Source: Ginkgo biloba (lineage: Eukaryota; Plantae; Ginkgophyta). Taken from it: a stretch of DNA of 18,739 nt. The first letter of the stretch is position 1. The number at the start of each line of letters is the position of its first letter. The notes beneath the pieces are model-generated. The model did no database searches. It was not told the origin of the DNA and worked only from the letters and a program-made list of their open reading frames with translations. Positions 1 to 11,039 of this stretch are shown here, piece after piece. The stretch lies in the NCBI GenBank assembly GCA_024626585.2, contig JANKJI020000002.1, positions 12,731,537 through 12,750,275 of the forward strand, read 5' to 3'. A program made the translations under genes and the position numbers.

Positions 1-825
1 CATCTCAAGAGTACAAGGATTGATTAGGGAAGGAACAGCGATGGAATTTTAGAATTATTAAGTAACCAAGACCCCATAGGTAGGGAGATCTTTTGCTGAA
101 ATTTGAAATTCATGGACTTAATTCATTTTTTATAATTTCATGCAGCAGTACCAAATATTCCAAAAAATTATTTTTGTTGTCTGTCTTTATATATGGTGAG
201 ATGACAGGAGAAATATTTGTGTTTTAATTAGAGTTCTTGTTAGTGAAGGAATAGAGGTGGAATTCTAGGATCACTATTTAGCTTATACCTGATAGTTGGA
301 AAATTCATTTGCTGGAATCCAAATTTCTTTGTACCTAATTGTAGCTGTTCTTTTCATGCAGCATTTGCCAATGTTATGAAGTTATTTATTTTTTCTTCTT
401 ACTGTATATATGGTGGAATACCAGTTTAAGTATTGCACTCAATCAGAATGACATTTCTTAGAATCCTAGGGACTAAGAAAATGAAGATGAAGATGAAACT
501 GAAACTGAAAATAAGAATATATTGATGCCTGCAAATGACCAAAAAGCGGTCAATGGGACTATAATAGTATGTACAAATAACATATCAGGTAAGAATGCCT
601 GTAGAGTTTCTCTTCAAGCTTATAATCTGATGAAATAGAAAACATTCTGAAGAAAGGTTCAATAAAAGAGAGAACGAAAATCACATAGAGTTGGAAGTCA
701 TAATGATCCACAAGTGTCACTTTTATATTCAACCGAGTTGCCTGTCACAACAGCAATTAGCCAGCATGACGACTAGGTCAGCCCTGTTGGCAGGAGAGCT
801 TGATAGCTGGCAAAACTTTAAGAGG

Positions 826-3439
826 TCAAATTTTTTCATGTGCTCTCCATGCGTGATTCACGACTGCTTGTTTCCTCTGGAACACTGAATCCTAGACAAT
901 ATATTTGCAATCAGCAGCTGAAGCAGTTGTGTNNNNNNNNNNACTAAAGTAGACTTCAAGTTGTCTCAGCCAATTTTTAAGTTTCTCTAAGTTCCAGCTC
1001 AAAAGTTATTGAAAGGGTATTTGATCCAAATTCCATTGCTATAACTGTCTGGCCTATCCTGCATGTAACACATCTAATACACCTGCAAATTGTGAAAGTA
1101 ACTCCACTCAAGTTTCCATAGGCATCAAGAGGGTCCAAACTTCTCCCTAGATATTGACACCTGTAGTGGATGAAGCGACACTTCAGAAAGGAGATATCAA
1201 TTCTAATTGAATGTATGTCAAATTTTATTGTAATTACTGATATTTGACTCTTATTAATATATAGCATTTTATTTGCCTTTATGGAGCTTTTTGATTAATA
1301 AAAAGTTTGTTATAGGATAAAAGTCCTCAATTGAAAAACAGTTTCTGTATAGTTTTCTGTCTAGTTGATTGTTCATCGTAATATGAAGGAGAAGTTTAGC
1401 CTATTTTTGAAATATTGGATGTTGTTACTGTCTTGATGCTTGAAATTATTACTTACCTAGAAATCTTTTTCCCTTTTTTGGGTCTAATAATGTGGCACCC
1501 TTTTCCGAATTGTGTTGTACGCTTTCACAAAGACTGGATGCAAGTAATGTGTATGCAACCTATGATTCAAATGTGCCAATGAATGATTGTTAGACCTCCC
1601 TCCATACCTGCAGAAACTTGTGTACACATAGTTTGATACATGTGAGTATACTTCTGTACTTAATATATACAGTATTAGCTAGACAACACAGATAAGTATA
1701 CACAATGTTTCAGATATACAATGTTCTGATTACATGTCAGTATAGTGTCTCAGAGAGTGAAGTAAAGCCTATTTCTCCACTGCCTACACAGGCTTCATAT
1801 GGTTGCAAATGCCTACAACAATTCTTATATGTCAAGCTATCTTCCACTGCCTACCACAGGCTTTATGTGGTNNNNNNNNNNNNNNNNNNNNNNNNNNNNN
1901 NNNNNNNNNNNNNNNNNNNNNNNNNNNNNNNNNNNNNNNNNNNNNNNNNNNNNNNNNNNNNNNNNNNNNNNCATGCCAAGCTATCTTTTGTTGCCTATTT
2001 AGGCCTTATGTGGTAGCAATGCCTTCCATAGGCCTTACATGTTAATGGTGCTACCTTATCCAACCAAGAAGGTGAATGCCCATTAAGACCTTCTCCAACC
2101 AGTGAGGTTGGTCTAGATAGCTCTACCCTGCAGGGTACTGCCATTCGTCCTTTTATTTTAGACTGCAGAAGAAATAAAGTTTAAAATTTATGTTCAGAAA
2201 ACACTTGTGATCAAGCATAATTTCATTTCCAACAATGTTGTATACTAATTTATGGCTGATACATGCATGCATCAAATTCGGATTTTTAAAGTAACGCCTT
2301 CTTATTTCTATAGTTTCCTCTGGATATTTATTTATTGATAAGAGAAGCAAAAGAAGGGCCAAAAATCAAATCATTCCATAGACTTCCATAGATGCAGGTT
2401 GTTTTGCATTTATGTCAGCCCATAATGTGCAATTAAGCTGTACAACCTCAATGTGGTTGTATGGCATTAAATAATCTTCCTTCATCAACACAAATGTTTT
2501 CATAAATGCTGACAACACAATTAAGGACAGATCATATCTCATTAATTACAGGCTGTACTGCATATAACAGATTGTATTGTAATAATTATAGCAAGTGCCT
2601 CATTGATTGCAATTGATCTTCAATAAATGTAAACTTTACTTGTCCATTACAGCATAGCTACTGGTCATACTGTCCTAAAGCAGGGTTTATGGTAATAATG
2701 CAATAGATTCTTCATGCTGTACTGCAATAAATGCAATTTGTACTGCCCGCTGATTTGGTTGAATATCATATCTCCATATTAAGCTGTAGACCATTTAATG
2801 CATCTCTGAAGGAGAAAAATAATAAAAAAAATGTAATTGTTATACCTCATATGGTTGATTTGCTTAGTAGAGACCCAAATACACACAATTCTTCCTTCTG
2901 GATGTACAACATATCTTTAGTTCTTCAAAGTGTACCTGTCATCTTTTTCTTCTCAAAGCCTATAAGAGTTGTAGTACTCCATAAATGAGCTCAGATGGTC
3001 CTTATATATATGAAAGAGGCCTTCCCAATCCTGATTTAAACCTGATTTCTATTTTGATAGTTGAGCCAAGGTTTGAGAGGCTTGGTATGCAGTTAGGGCT
3101 GTGGTTTAATTGGTCCTCTTTTTGACACTTTAACTCTGGGCCCCACTGTTAGCTTTCTGAGTCCACTGTGGCCCCTGTTGACTTTCTAGTTTGGTTGTGG
3201 ACGTTACTAGGTTCCTATTTTAGTTTCCTGGATTTTTCTTAATGTACTTTAGCCTTGTTAATTCTAATTCTTCCATGTTGAGCCTGGTCTATAAAAATGA
3301 TTCAATTCTGTAGTTGTATGATGAAAACTTTTATTTTCTTTTGAGAAATCACTAACTATCTTGAAGCCAAATGGGAAAATGTGCAGGTTACCTGATCCCT
3401 GTATCTGCATTTCAGTTGTATTTAGTAATTTTAGTGCTG
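826..3439 (-). pseudogene. Candidate multi-exon gene or pseudogene, product unidentified
   Basis: Minus-strand segments with canonical splice signals: 3439-3392 (cttttctag|...CAG|gtaacc), 2959-2846 (ctcttatag|...GAG|gtataa), from 2319 (atatccag|), 1607-1457 (tttctgcag|...TAG|gtaagt), 1160-1083 (ctacag|...CAG|gtgtat), from 891 (ttgtctag|). No single frame stays open across all of them. One open 3' solution needs a weak AAG acceptor at 1521 and gives RTTQFGKGCHIIRPKKGKKISRCQYLGRSLDPLDAYGNLSGVTFTICRIQCSRGNKQS*. Confidence 0.4.
1765..2042. repeat. ~67-bp minisatellite, at least 3 degenerate copies, spanning a 100-N gap
   Basis: ccactgccta occurs at 1777 and 1844 (period 67). The unit atgYcaagctatctt..tgccta..aggcYttatgtggt recurs after the gap at 1972. 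Confidence 0.8.
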
Positions 3440-3887
3440 CTAGAAAAGGGCAAGTAGGCAACTGCTTTATGGTTTTTGTTCATCATATGATCTTTTTCTT
3501 GTACATTTGCTATTGCAGCTTGTCAAATATGTGTAAGGGTTATTTGGTTTGTTGTGCTTGAATGTGACAACACTAGAAAATAACCAAAATGGCTCTTGCA
3601 TGCATTTATGGACGAGTTGTGCTCTAGATGTAGTTAAAATAGTTGTTCATGGACATTTTCTCATCTAAAGATTGTCGGTTCATTTATTTGTAGTGCTTTA
3701 ATCAATTTTAACTATTTGTATTTGTGATTTGTAGAGGAAAGATGCTACACACACATTGGTGTCAGGTGGCACACGATATGCATGCATNNNNNNNNNNNNN
3801 NNNNNNNNNNNNNNNNNNNNNNNNNNNNNNNNNNNNNNNNNNNNNNNNNNNNNNNNNNNNNNNNNNNNNNNNNNNNNNNNNNNNNNN

Positions 3888-4255
3888 AGTTGAGAACAAT
3901 TGGCGATAAGAAGTTGATATCAAGCAAAAAGTTGGTATGATGAGACATTCAATTTTTCTATTGAGCAATCTCAAGGGGGCATTTTCTTGACCTAGGCATA
4001 ACAATTTGGTATAAAGTCAATAATTAATCATATATCTTCCTTCAAAAACTGTCAAAGGACTATGTGTGGGTGTGTTTAAATATTTGACAAAAATCACAAA
4101 AAATGAAGTGTTAGTTTATTGATTTGCAAGTTTCATGTCATAATGAATCCACCTTTTCCTTCACTCCAAATTGTGCAACAATTCTAAATTATTGCTCGAT
4201 TTTGTCAAATTTTCATCTTGGTGAAAAATAAGCAAATCTCATAGTCAAGTTCTTC
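3888..4255 (-). mobile_element. Degenerate LINE (L1-like) ORF2 fragment, region C-terminal to RT
   Basis: In-frame translation from 4255: EELDYEICLFF...NRAII*NCCTIWSEGKGGFIMT*NLQINKL. This resembles the L1 post-RT pattern LD..IR.F.W...I.W..CC.P..EGG.G.....Q..AL. Multiple stops. Confidence 0.5.
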
Positions 4256-5032
4256 ATGTGATTAGGAAAAATTGTTAGCAACTAGTTGGTCTCAAACTAG
4301 GTGCCTTGCTAATTAGTCAACAAAACAACTAGAGTAATGAGCCCACTAACACAAGCATTTTCATATGAATGCTCACCCTCACAAGTCAATATCTCGGATT
4401 TGTTGATTGTGATGGTTGGAGTCCTACTCATATTAACTTGATTGAATTAGGAGAGGCAGTAGGCATTATTGTAGGCCAATCATCTACTTCTTATTTGTGT
4501 AAAGACAATGTATGTTGTGCTAGTTTTAGAATTTCAATGATTTCAAATTCTTTAAAAAAAGGAAAGGAGATTGAAAAAATCACATTTTATTTGGTTTGCT
4601 CATGCCATAACATTTTTGGGTTTACTTGTCATGTAGATTTTAGGGTAGTTACATCTTAAATCTAAAACATCCCCAACACAAGATGATTAAACTAGGTATA
4701 AGTTACCCCATAGGAGGACAATGATATGGTTTTTTGGTCCTGAGTCCTTTCAAGTGTTAGGCATTGGCTCTAGTGAAGATGAAGCCTAGGCTCATTCTTA
4801 CAAGAATAGGCCATGTGTATGATTTTCACCTAACAAGATTGTTCATGTTTTGGGGCAAGAGTAGCCAGTTGTAGTAGACTAGATTGATTTTGAGTTGGAT
4901 TTACGCACTCTATAGTAGGTTGAGCTAATTCTTGTGTGATTTGGACAAATTCCTTGTTAATTGAAACCCCTCTTGGGGTTTTTGGAGGCAAATAAGAGTA
5001 GGTTGAAATCACTTGCCGTAAGGTGAAATGAT

Positions 5033-5389
5033 TTAGAGTCTAAGGGCCTCCCTCTGAGATGGAAATAAGTAGGTTAGAGTGGACATAATGAAGTAGGTTG
5101 AAAATGAAGAGCATAGTGAATAATAATGAGTGCATAAATGATTCATGACCTCTCCTTCATAGGCAATAAACACACATAACATGGAGTTGTTCAACTTTCT
5201 TAGAGGTAGACTCACCTTGATTAATGTGTTAATTGAGTGTAGGTTGGCTTCGATTAGGTTAGCTCTAATGGGACCCATTGTACCTATGAACAACCCTTTT
5301 CTCCTTTTTAGGTGGACTATTCTTGAGGAACTTGGTCCTTTTTGGCTTGTTTTATAACCTTTACTTGGGCTATAGCATAGATGGTCTCT
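5033..5389 (-). mobile_element. Possible LINE ORF1 C-terminal remnant (decayed zinc-knuckle region)
   Basis: IRANLIEANLHSINTLIKVSLP...LCVFIAYEGEVMNHLCTHY, then HFQPTSLCP after a frameshift. Loosely matches plant L1 ORF1 R.LVEVDL...I.V...V.YE...C..C...H....CP. Same strand as, and upstream of, the ORF2 piece at 3888-4255. Confidence 0.35.
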
Positions 5390-5566
5390 ACTCCCCTCGT
5401 CCCACCCAACGGAGACGTTGGAGTGGACGGAATGATAATAAACATCGCAACAATCCTTGCGGGAACGGCCACCAATCCGTTGAAGACGGGGTATTACCAA
5501 GGCAATGCATTGGCGCCCCTGGAGGCAGTGACGGCCTGCCCTGGCATGTTTGGAAAGGGAGCATAC
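5390..5566 (+). CDS. Phi-1/EXORDIUM-like (phosphate-induced protein 1 family) gene fragment, C-terminal part; 5'-truncated, 3' end lost in gap
   Basis: [59 protein letters not shown] matches the family hallmark [30 protein letters not shown]...APLEA..AC.G.YGKGAYPGY. No stops. The expected upstream CAWPFHQP..GPQ is absent, and an in-frame TAG lies at 5378-5380. Confidence 0.92.
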
Positions 5567-5666
5567 NNNNNNNNNNNNNNNNNNNNNNNNNNNNNNNNNN
5601 NNNNNNNNNNNNNNNNNNNNNNNNNNNNNNNNNNNNNNNNNNNNNNNNNNNNNNNNNNNNNNNNNN

Positions 5667-5787
5667 TTCTTAGCCTTCTTTAAGACAATTGAAGTCATTT
5701 TAACTTCTAAAGGCTTCTTTTCTCCTTCAAAATCCTTCTTTGACCTAGCTTTGACGACACTTGTCTGGGTTGTGACAGTACACTTGG
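5667..5787 (-). CDS. Candidate coding exon of an unidentified gene (runs into gap)
   Basis: Branch-point-like gctaat and acceptor gtgtttttag| just before 5787, then an open frame KCTVTTQTSVVKARSKKDFEGEKKPLEVKMTSIVLKKAK. Other minus-strand exon-like pieces lie at 6208-6155 (ttcag|...AAG|gttagt) and from 6802 (gtgttgcag|). Confidence 0.35.
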
Positions 5788-7282
5788 CTAAAAACACATA
5801 ATTAGCTTGAACAATATAAATATTGCATGCCTTTGAGAAGAAAAAGAAACTCTAATTAAGTCAAATAACAAAGTACAAACAAATAGCCTTGTTAAATGCC
5901 TCACAAGGCTTTATCCAAGTATGAAAAGATCTAAAAGTAAAGTAGATAGATGTAGAAATACTAAATGGACATCAAATGATCGTGTCTACATATACAGTTG
6001 AAAACAACACATTTAGTGTCTCTTGGATCCCAAATCCAATAAGCAACTTTTGAGAGATGAAGCATACACGCATATACATTGGGGCTTATTGTAACCACAT
6101 CTTGTGTAACGAAAATAAGGATATCAATACTTATTAACACCTATATAGACTAACCTTTTCATTCGTGAAAGATGAGCTTTTGGATCAATCCCTAATGCAA
6201 GTCAACACCTGAAGCATCATTATTAATAATGAGAAATATGTTGTCAATTCTATCCAAAAATACAGTTCAACAAATTGGACTAATGTACTTTTAAGGTTTT
6301 ATGCATGGACAATTCGCCCTATTTTGGACTTTCAAAGNNNNNNNNNNNNNNNNNNNNNNNNNNNNGTCCCTCCTTGGCCAATACGAGGAAATTACATCAC
6401 CTAGTCATAATCGAAAATTAAGGACATGGAGTTGAATCAATATACTTTTTAGTTTCTTTTCACAAAGCCCACTTGTCCTAGATTTACTAAAGACTCAGAT
6501 TTCCACATCAAGCATGTACAATGCTACTCTTATGGGATTGGGATATCTTGCAATTTCACTTTTAATTTGCATAGAATCATAAATCCTATATATCATGCGA
6601 TCCTATGAATGAACATCAACTCTGAAAGTCATACAATCCATGCAAGAGAAAGAGGCGCTCAAAATATGACATGGTAGTAAATTATAAGGCCGTACACAAC
6701 AAAAAATTAGTAAGCAAAAACAATTGCTCCTTTAAAAGATATAGAACTAAGCCATGCGATTATTGAATGAGCTATAATTGTAACAATCTCGCCACCTTGT
6801 ATCTGCAACACAAAACATGCTTCAAGATGCACATGCCAAGCGTTAGTTCAATAAAACAATTATTAATACATCCTAAGGTACATAAGTAGATCTGTTCAAC
6901 CTAAGGGAAGGTAANNNNNNNNNNNNNNNNNNNNNNNNNNNNNNNNNNNNNNNNNNNNNNNNNNNNNNNNNNNNNNCAAACCTCTGGTGGCATCTCCATG
7001 GGCATTGTCAGTGCCTAGTAGCTATGACTCCTACTAGACTCCACCCCTTTACCCAATGCCAATTGGGGTTCTAGGGCCCATGTACCTTTTCAACCCTCTT
7101 CTGGCATCGAGAAACCTAAATAGTCTCCACCCTTGATTGGTAGTATTTAACTATATTACTTTTTTTTTTTTTTTTTCAGGATNNNNNNNNNNNNNNNNNN
7201 NNNNNNNNNNNNNNNNNNNNNNNNNNNNNNNNNNNNNNNNNNNNNNNNNNNNNNNNNNNNNNNNNNNNNNNNNNNNNNNNNN

Positions 7283-7706
7283 GGAACATTCATGCTCTAC
7301 CTTTATTGTATAAATAGGGAACATTCATGCTTTGCCTTCATCGGTCTAGACTATCTGTTGTTAGCCTTTGTATGGTCACCTCACGTCGATCCCTTCCTTA
7401 CTGACGTGTGTCAGATTCTCTCTTATCTCCGACAAGGTTCAATAACTTCTTGTCAGTCGAGTGTCATTTTTTCCCCCTTTCTCTGACGAAGTCAATTTGC
7501 TACCTCGCCGACGATGTCAGACAACTGATCTAACTGACGTGTCAGTCCTTCGAACCTACGATGATGTCAATTTTTCCTCCTATATCAACAAGTTGGATTT
7601 TGACCCCCACTAGCAAGGTCGAATTTCTTTGCTCTATCGATGAGGTTGGATTACTGCCTCACCAACGATGTCATTGTATAAATAGGGAACATTCATGCTC
7701 TACCTA
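7283..7706. repeat. 35-bp tandem repeat interrupted by a 329-bp insert made of a ~26-bp degenerate palindromic array
   Basis: ggaacattcatgctctacctttattgtataaatag at 7283. The second unit starts at 7318, breaks at 7341 and resumes at 7671-7706. The insert has GAC-N3-GTC-like cores at about 7401, 7429, 7455, 7483, 7508, 7534, 7558, 7585, 7610, 7637 and 7662. Confidence 0.75.
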
Positions 7707-8306
7707 TGAAATATTCCTAGAATGAATTAGTTATTGGTGATAGATTACATGTAATGCAAGTAGCTACCCATTTCATATATTTGATTTTTCTGAAAATAAT
7801 TGACAAAATTTACTTATTGTCTTCTTGGTGTGAAATGTTTTTAGTGAGGTTTAATAGGAGGTCGAGGAATATTAATGATCTGGAACTCTGACAGGCATGT
7901 TTAATTCAAAATTCAGGCATGTATATTACTATTTATGTCTATGGATATAGCAATACTAACAGGACAATAATGGTAACAATGTGATGACAAGTCAATGATA
8001 AATATGATATCATATGATGGTAGCACTGAGTCTACTGAGAAAAGAACTAAGTGGGAACAACCTTCACCATCCCCTTAATCTCTGCCCCATATTTTCATCT
8101 GCCTACATGTAGCATGAGTTTGGCATTAATGATGTTAAAATCTCTGTGAATATTGTTACTCTGATATCAATTTGAGTGTCTGTGCTACACTAGCTGTGGA
8201 TTGTGAACCAGATTTGATCACAACTTGGGCTGATGAGTCTCTCTAAGCTATGCTCATCTGTGATGCAAGAGTCTCACAATTTGGTCTGATTCCTCAAGAT
8301 TTTATG

Positions 8307-8392
8307 CAGTATGTAACATCTGTTACCCAATGCATAACAGGTGTTATGCAGTGCATAATAGATTCTGTTATGCACTGCTTAATATCTGCTAC
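8307..8392. repeat. Short array (~4 copies, ~22 bp) of palindromic units
   Basis: tgcataac-aggt-gttatgca is followed by gtgcataa-tagattctg-ttatgcac, with weaker copies on each side (gtaacatctgttac; gcttaatatctgctac). Confidence 0.6.
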
Positions 8393-9099
8393 ACTCCTAA
8401 AGTAAATTGCATGGTATTACAATTGTCTGAATCATTTTCTAGGAGGGCACATTTTGTCCAACTGCACAAAGGAACAACTGCTGTTATTACCATGGCAAAT
8501 AACAAGGTAGATTTGTAGAAATGATAAGGGACTAGACCATCATTCTCTTCACACTTCCCATATCATATATGCTATGTAAATACATGTTCAACTCCTTTGG
8601 TATCTAAAGTATCTCCTCTGCGAACTCCACAATGTGTTGTCTCAGGAAAAAATGGAATTACTATTGTTAATTGAGTGCTAAAAGAATGACGGAATTCCCA
8701 GCACACAAGCATATATATTGGATTGTATTAAAAAATAATTTAATTATATTTCTTTTTGGGAAAGATGCATCAAAGAATCAAATGAATTTGCCAAAATATT
8801 CANNNNNNNNNNNNNNNNNNNNNNNNNNNNNNNNNNNNNNNNNNNNNNNNNNNNNNNNNNNNNNNNNNNNNNNNNNNNNNNNNNNNNNNNNNNNNNNNNN
8901 NNAAAATAAATGAAATCACATAAAATAAATGAAATTAAATAAAATAATCTGGCTAAAATAAAGCATGAGATTAGGAAATATGAATCTTATGTTTTCCAAG
9001 GCATAAGAGGTTCAAACAAGGGGTTAGAGGTTTTGAGTTCTCAAATAGTAAAAGTTAATCATACAAGAACTAAAATTGATGTAGTAAAAGATGGTGAGA

Positions 9100-9710
9100 A
9101 AGGGATTAATGACCAGGAAGGAATAATTATGGTGTTTAGGAATTATTTTGAGAATTTATTTTAGTCGAGAGGCTTCTCAACAGAAAGAGAATAGGATTTG
9201 GAGAGATGTATCATAGTTATACAACATAAATTGAAGGGATTTCAGAGCAATACAAGATAAACCTCTAACATTAGAAGAGATTGGTGAGGCAATGAGGTCT
9301 ATGAAGAATGATAAATCCCTAAGAATGGATGGCCTACGTGTAGAATTCTATAAAGAATTTTGGGACTTGATGGGGGAGGATTTGTTAAGAGTGTGTGAAG
9401 CAATGCTAAATGCTAGAAGCATGGGTAAATTGGATCAATGTTGGGATAATTAAACTTATCCCCAAGGATAGTCATAAGGAGATGGTGAGCAACTAAAGAC
9501 CTATTATGTGACTGAATGTAAGGTACAAGAGTCTAGTAAAAAATGTGGTTAGGAAATTAACCTTGGTATTGAATGATGTGGTGTCCAAAGAGAAAATTGG
9601 ATTTACTAAATATAGATACATTCTAGAAAATGCATAAGGAAGGCATGGATTGCTCCAAATAACTGATCCAAAAACAATGATGATTATGTTGTATTTTAAG
9701 AAGGGATGGA
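9100..9710 (+). mobile_element. Degenerate non-LTR retrotransposon (L1/Tx1-type LINE) ORF2, N-terminal half of reverse transcriptase
   Basis: FRNYFENLF; from 9256 DKPLTLEEIGEAMRSMKNDKSLRMDGLRVEFYKEFWDLMGEDLL; after a frameshift INVGIIKLIPK...N*RPIM*LNVRYKSLVK...VVSKEKIGFTKYRYILEN; then MLYFKKG (=LDFEKA). These are the canonical KSPG.DG...EFY, LIPK, WRPI.LLN..YK and Q.GF...R.I..N motifs. Stops and frameshifts present; homology ends before YADD. Confidence 0.93.
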
Positions 9711-11039
9711 CCCATGTCTTTAGATGTTAGTGATCACAGATATACAAGGCATTAACAGGTGTCATATGAACCACCTCTATTTACCCATATATTTGTGGAT
9801 GATATTTTTCACCTATCTTCTACCTAAAAGGGTTTGCAAAGATAAGTTACTGCCTACTGCATTAGCCAACAAATGTTTACTGTTTGCAATGGCAATGTTG
9901 AAGACTGGCTAATAAAACTGCAAGAGTTGTTATAATAGACTTGGATAAAAACTTGGCCACCCTGTGAACTCAACTCCATTTTTTTAAGACACATCTATGG
10001 AATTAATCATACTTTTATTTTCATATTGACCATAGATAACCTGCTCTAGAAATATACTCTCTATATCGCTTTGATACAATTATGAAGGCAATGCCCAATA
10101 TATACGTTTCACTATTGTTTACACTAGTCAATCAACCCTTTTGGACCAAGTTGTTATTTTGATTTGAGCTACTTTAAATCTAGATGCTGCAAAAAGATCG
10201 CTTGGTTTTAGGTGATAGTATATTATGTGGCATCGCCGTTGGACTTTGGTTTGTGAATTGCTATAGGGATCGAACAACAACCAAGCGATGCCATGAGATT
10301 TGCCATTGCAGAGGGACAGAGAGACCACGACAGTCGACGTCGAATGTAGTAGTCAGGTCGCATGGAAGACGAAGGTCACACTAGTTGAATATTGAATTGC
10401 TTGTGGCACAAATTTGTCGAAAAGAATGTTACAGACAGCTTGTGGAGATTGAGATGTCTGTAGAGGAGAAAGGGAGAACCCAACAGAGAGATACAAATCG
10501 ATTCAAATTTTCGATTCAGGAGGCGAATTGGGTGCGCTATGTTGTTTAAAAGAAAAGTTTTTTTTGGGAGAAAACCTAAGTATTAACCTTAGGAAAAATA
10601 AAAATTAAGAAGTGTTAAAATCATCTAAGCCTTTGGGCACATGGCAGAAGAGAGCTAACTTCTTTTTTGAAGCTTGTAATTGTCTTTTTTAATTTCTGAA
10701 AAGACAGTTGTGTTAAGAATTTAATTTTATTTCATTCTGAAGTGGTTGCATGGTCAATTTCTGACATCTTGCATGATGATCGATGGTTTTATCTGTTACA
10801 ATCCAGCTACTTGTGTGTTGATTGACATTTTAGGGTAATTTCGGCACCCTGCGAAGTGACCGAAGATATTGAAGCTCAAAAATTAATAAAATTTTCTTTT
10901 TTGTGATGTGGCGAGGTTGTTTTAAGCCCGCACTGGTATTTTTGTGGTGTGTGTGATTATTTTGTGCCTGCATTTTTTCTTTTCTGAAAAAATGGCATTA
11001 ATAAATGCAGTAGTTGTGTATGCCTCTTGTAGATAGTTC

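Noticed and set aside
2999-3210. Small Helitron (TC..TATATAT start, CTAG end)
   Set aside because: It does not sit in an A/T target and has no clear 3' hairpin.
5033-5797. 254-aa minus-strand ORF as a single gene
   Set aside because: It is a composite across a 100-N gap: an exon-like piece, the antisense of the Phi-1 fragment and a LINE-like remnant.
6117-6124. U12 AT-AC donor ATATCCTT on the minus strand
   Set aside because: I found no matching downstream branch site or AC acceptor, and it lies just inside a likely GT intron.
7159-7176. Poly(T) run as a retroposon tail
   Set aside because: The body that should adjoin it falls in an N-gap. It could equally be a polypyrimidine tract.
7342-7670. 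CRISPR-like array (periodic palindromic cores with variable spacers)
   Set aside because: The period is only ~26 bp, the cores are highly degenerate, there are no cas genes and the context is eukaryotic.
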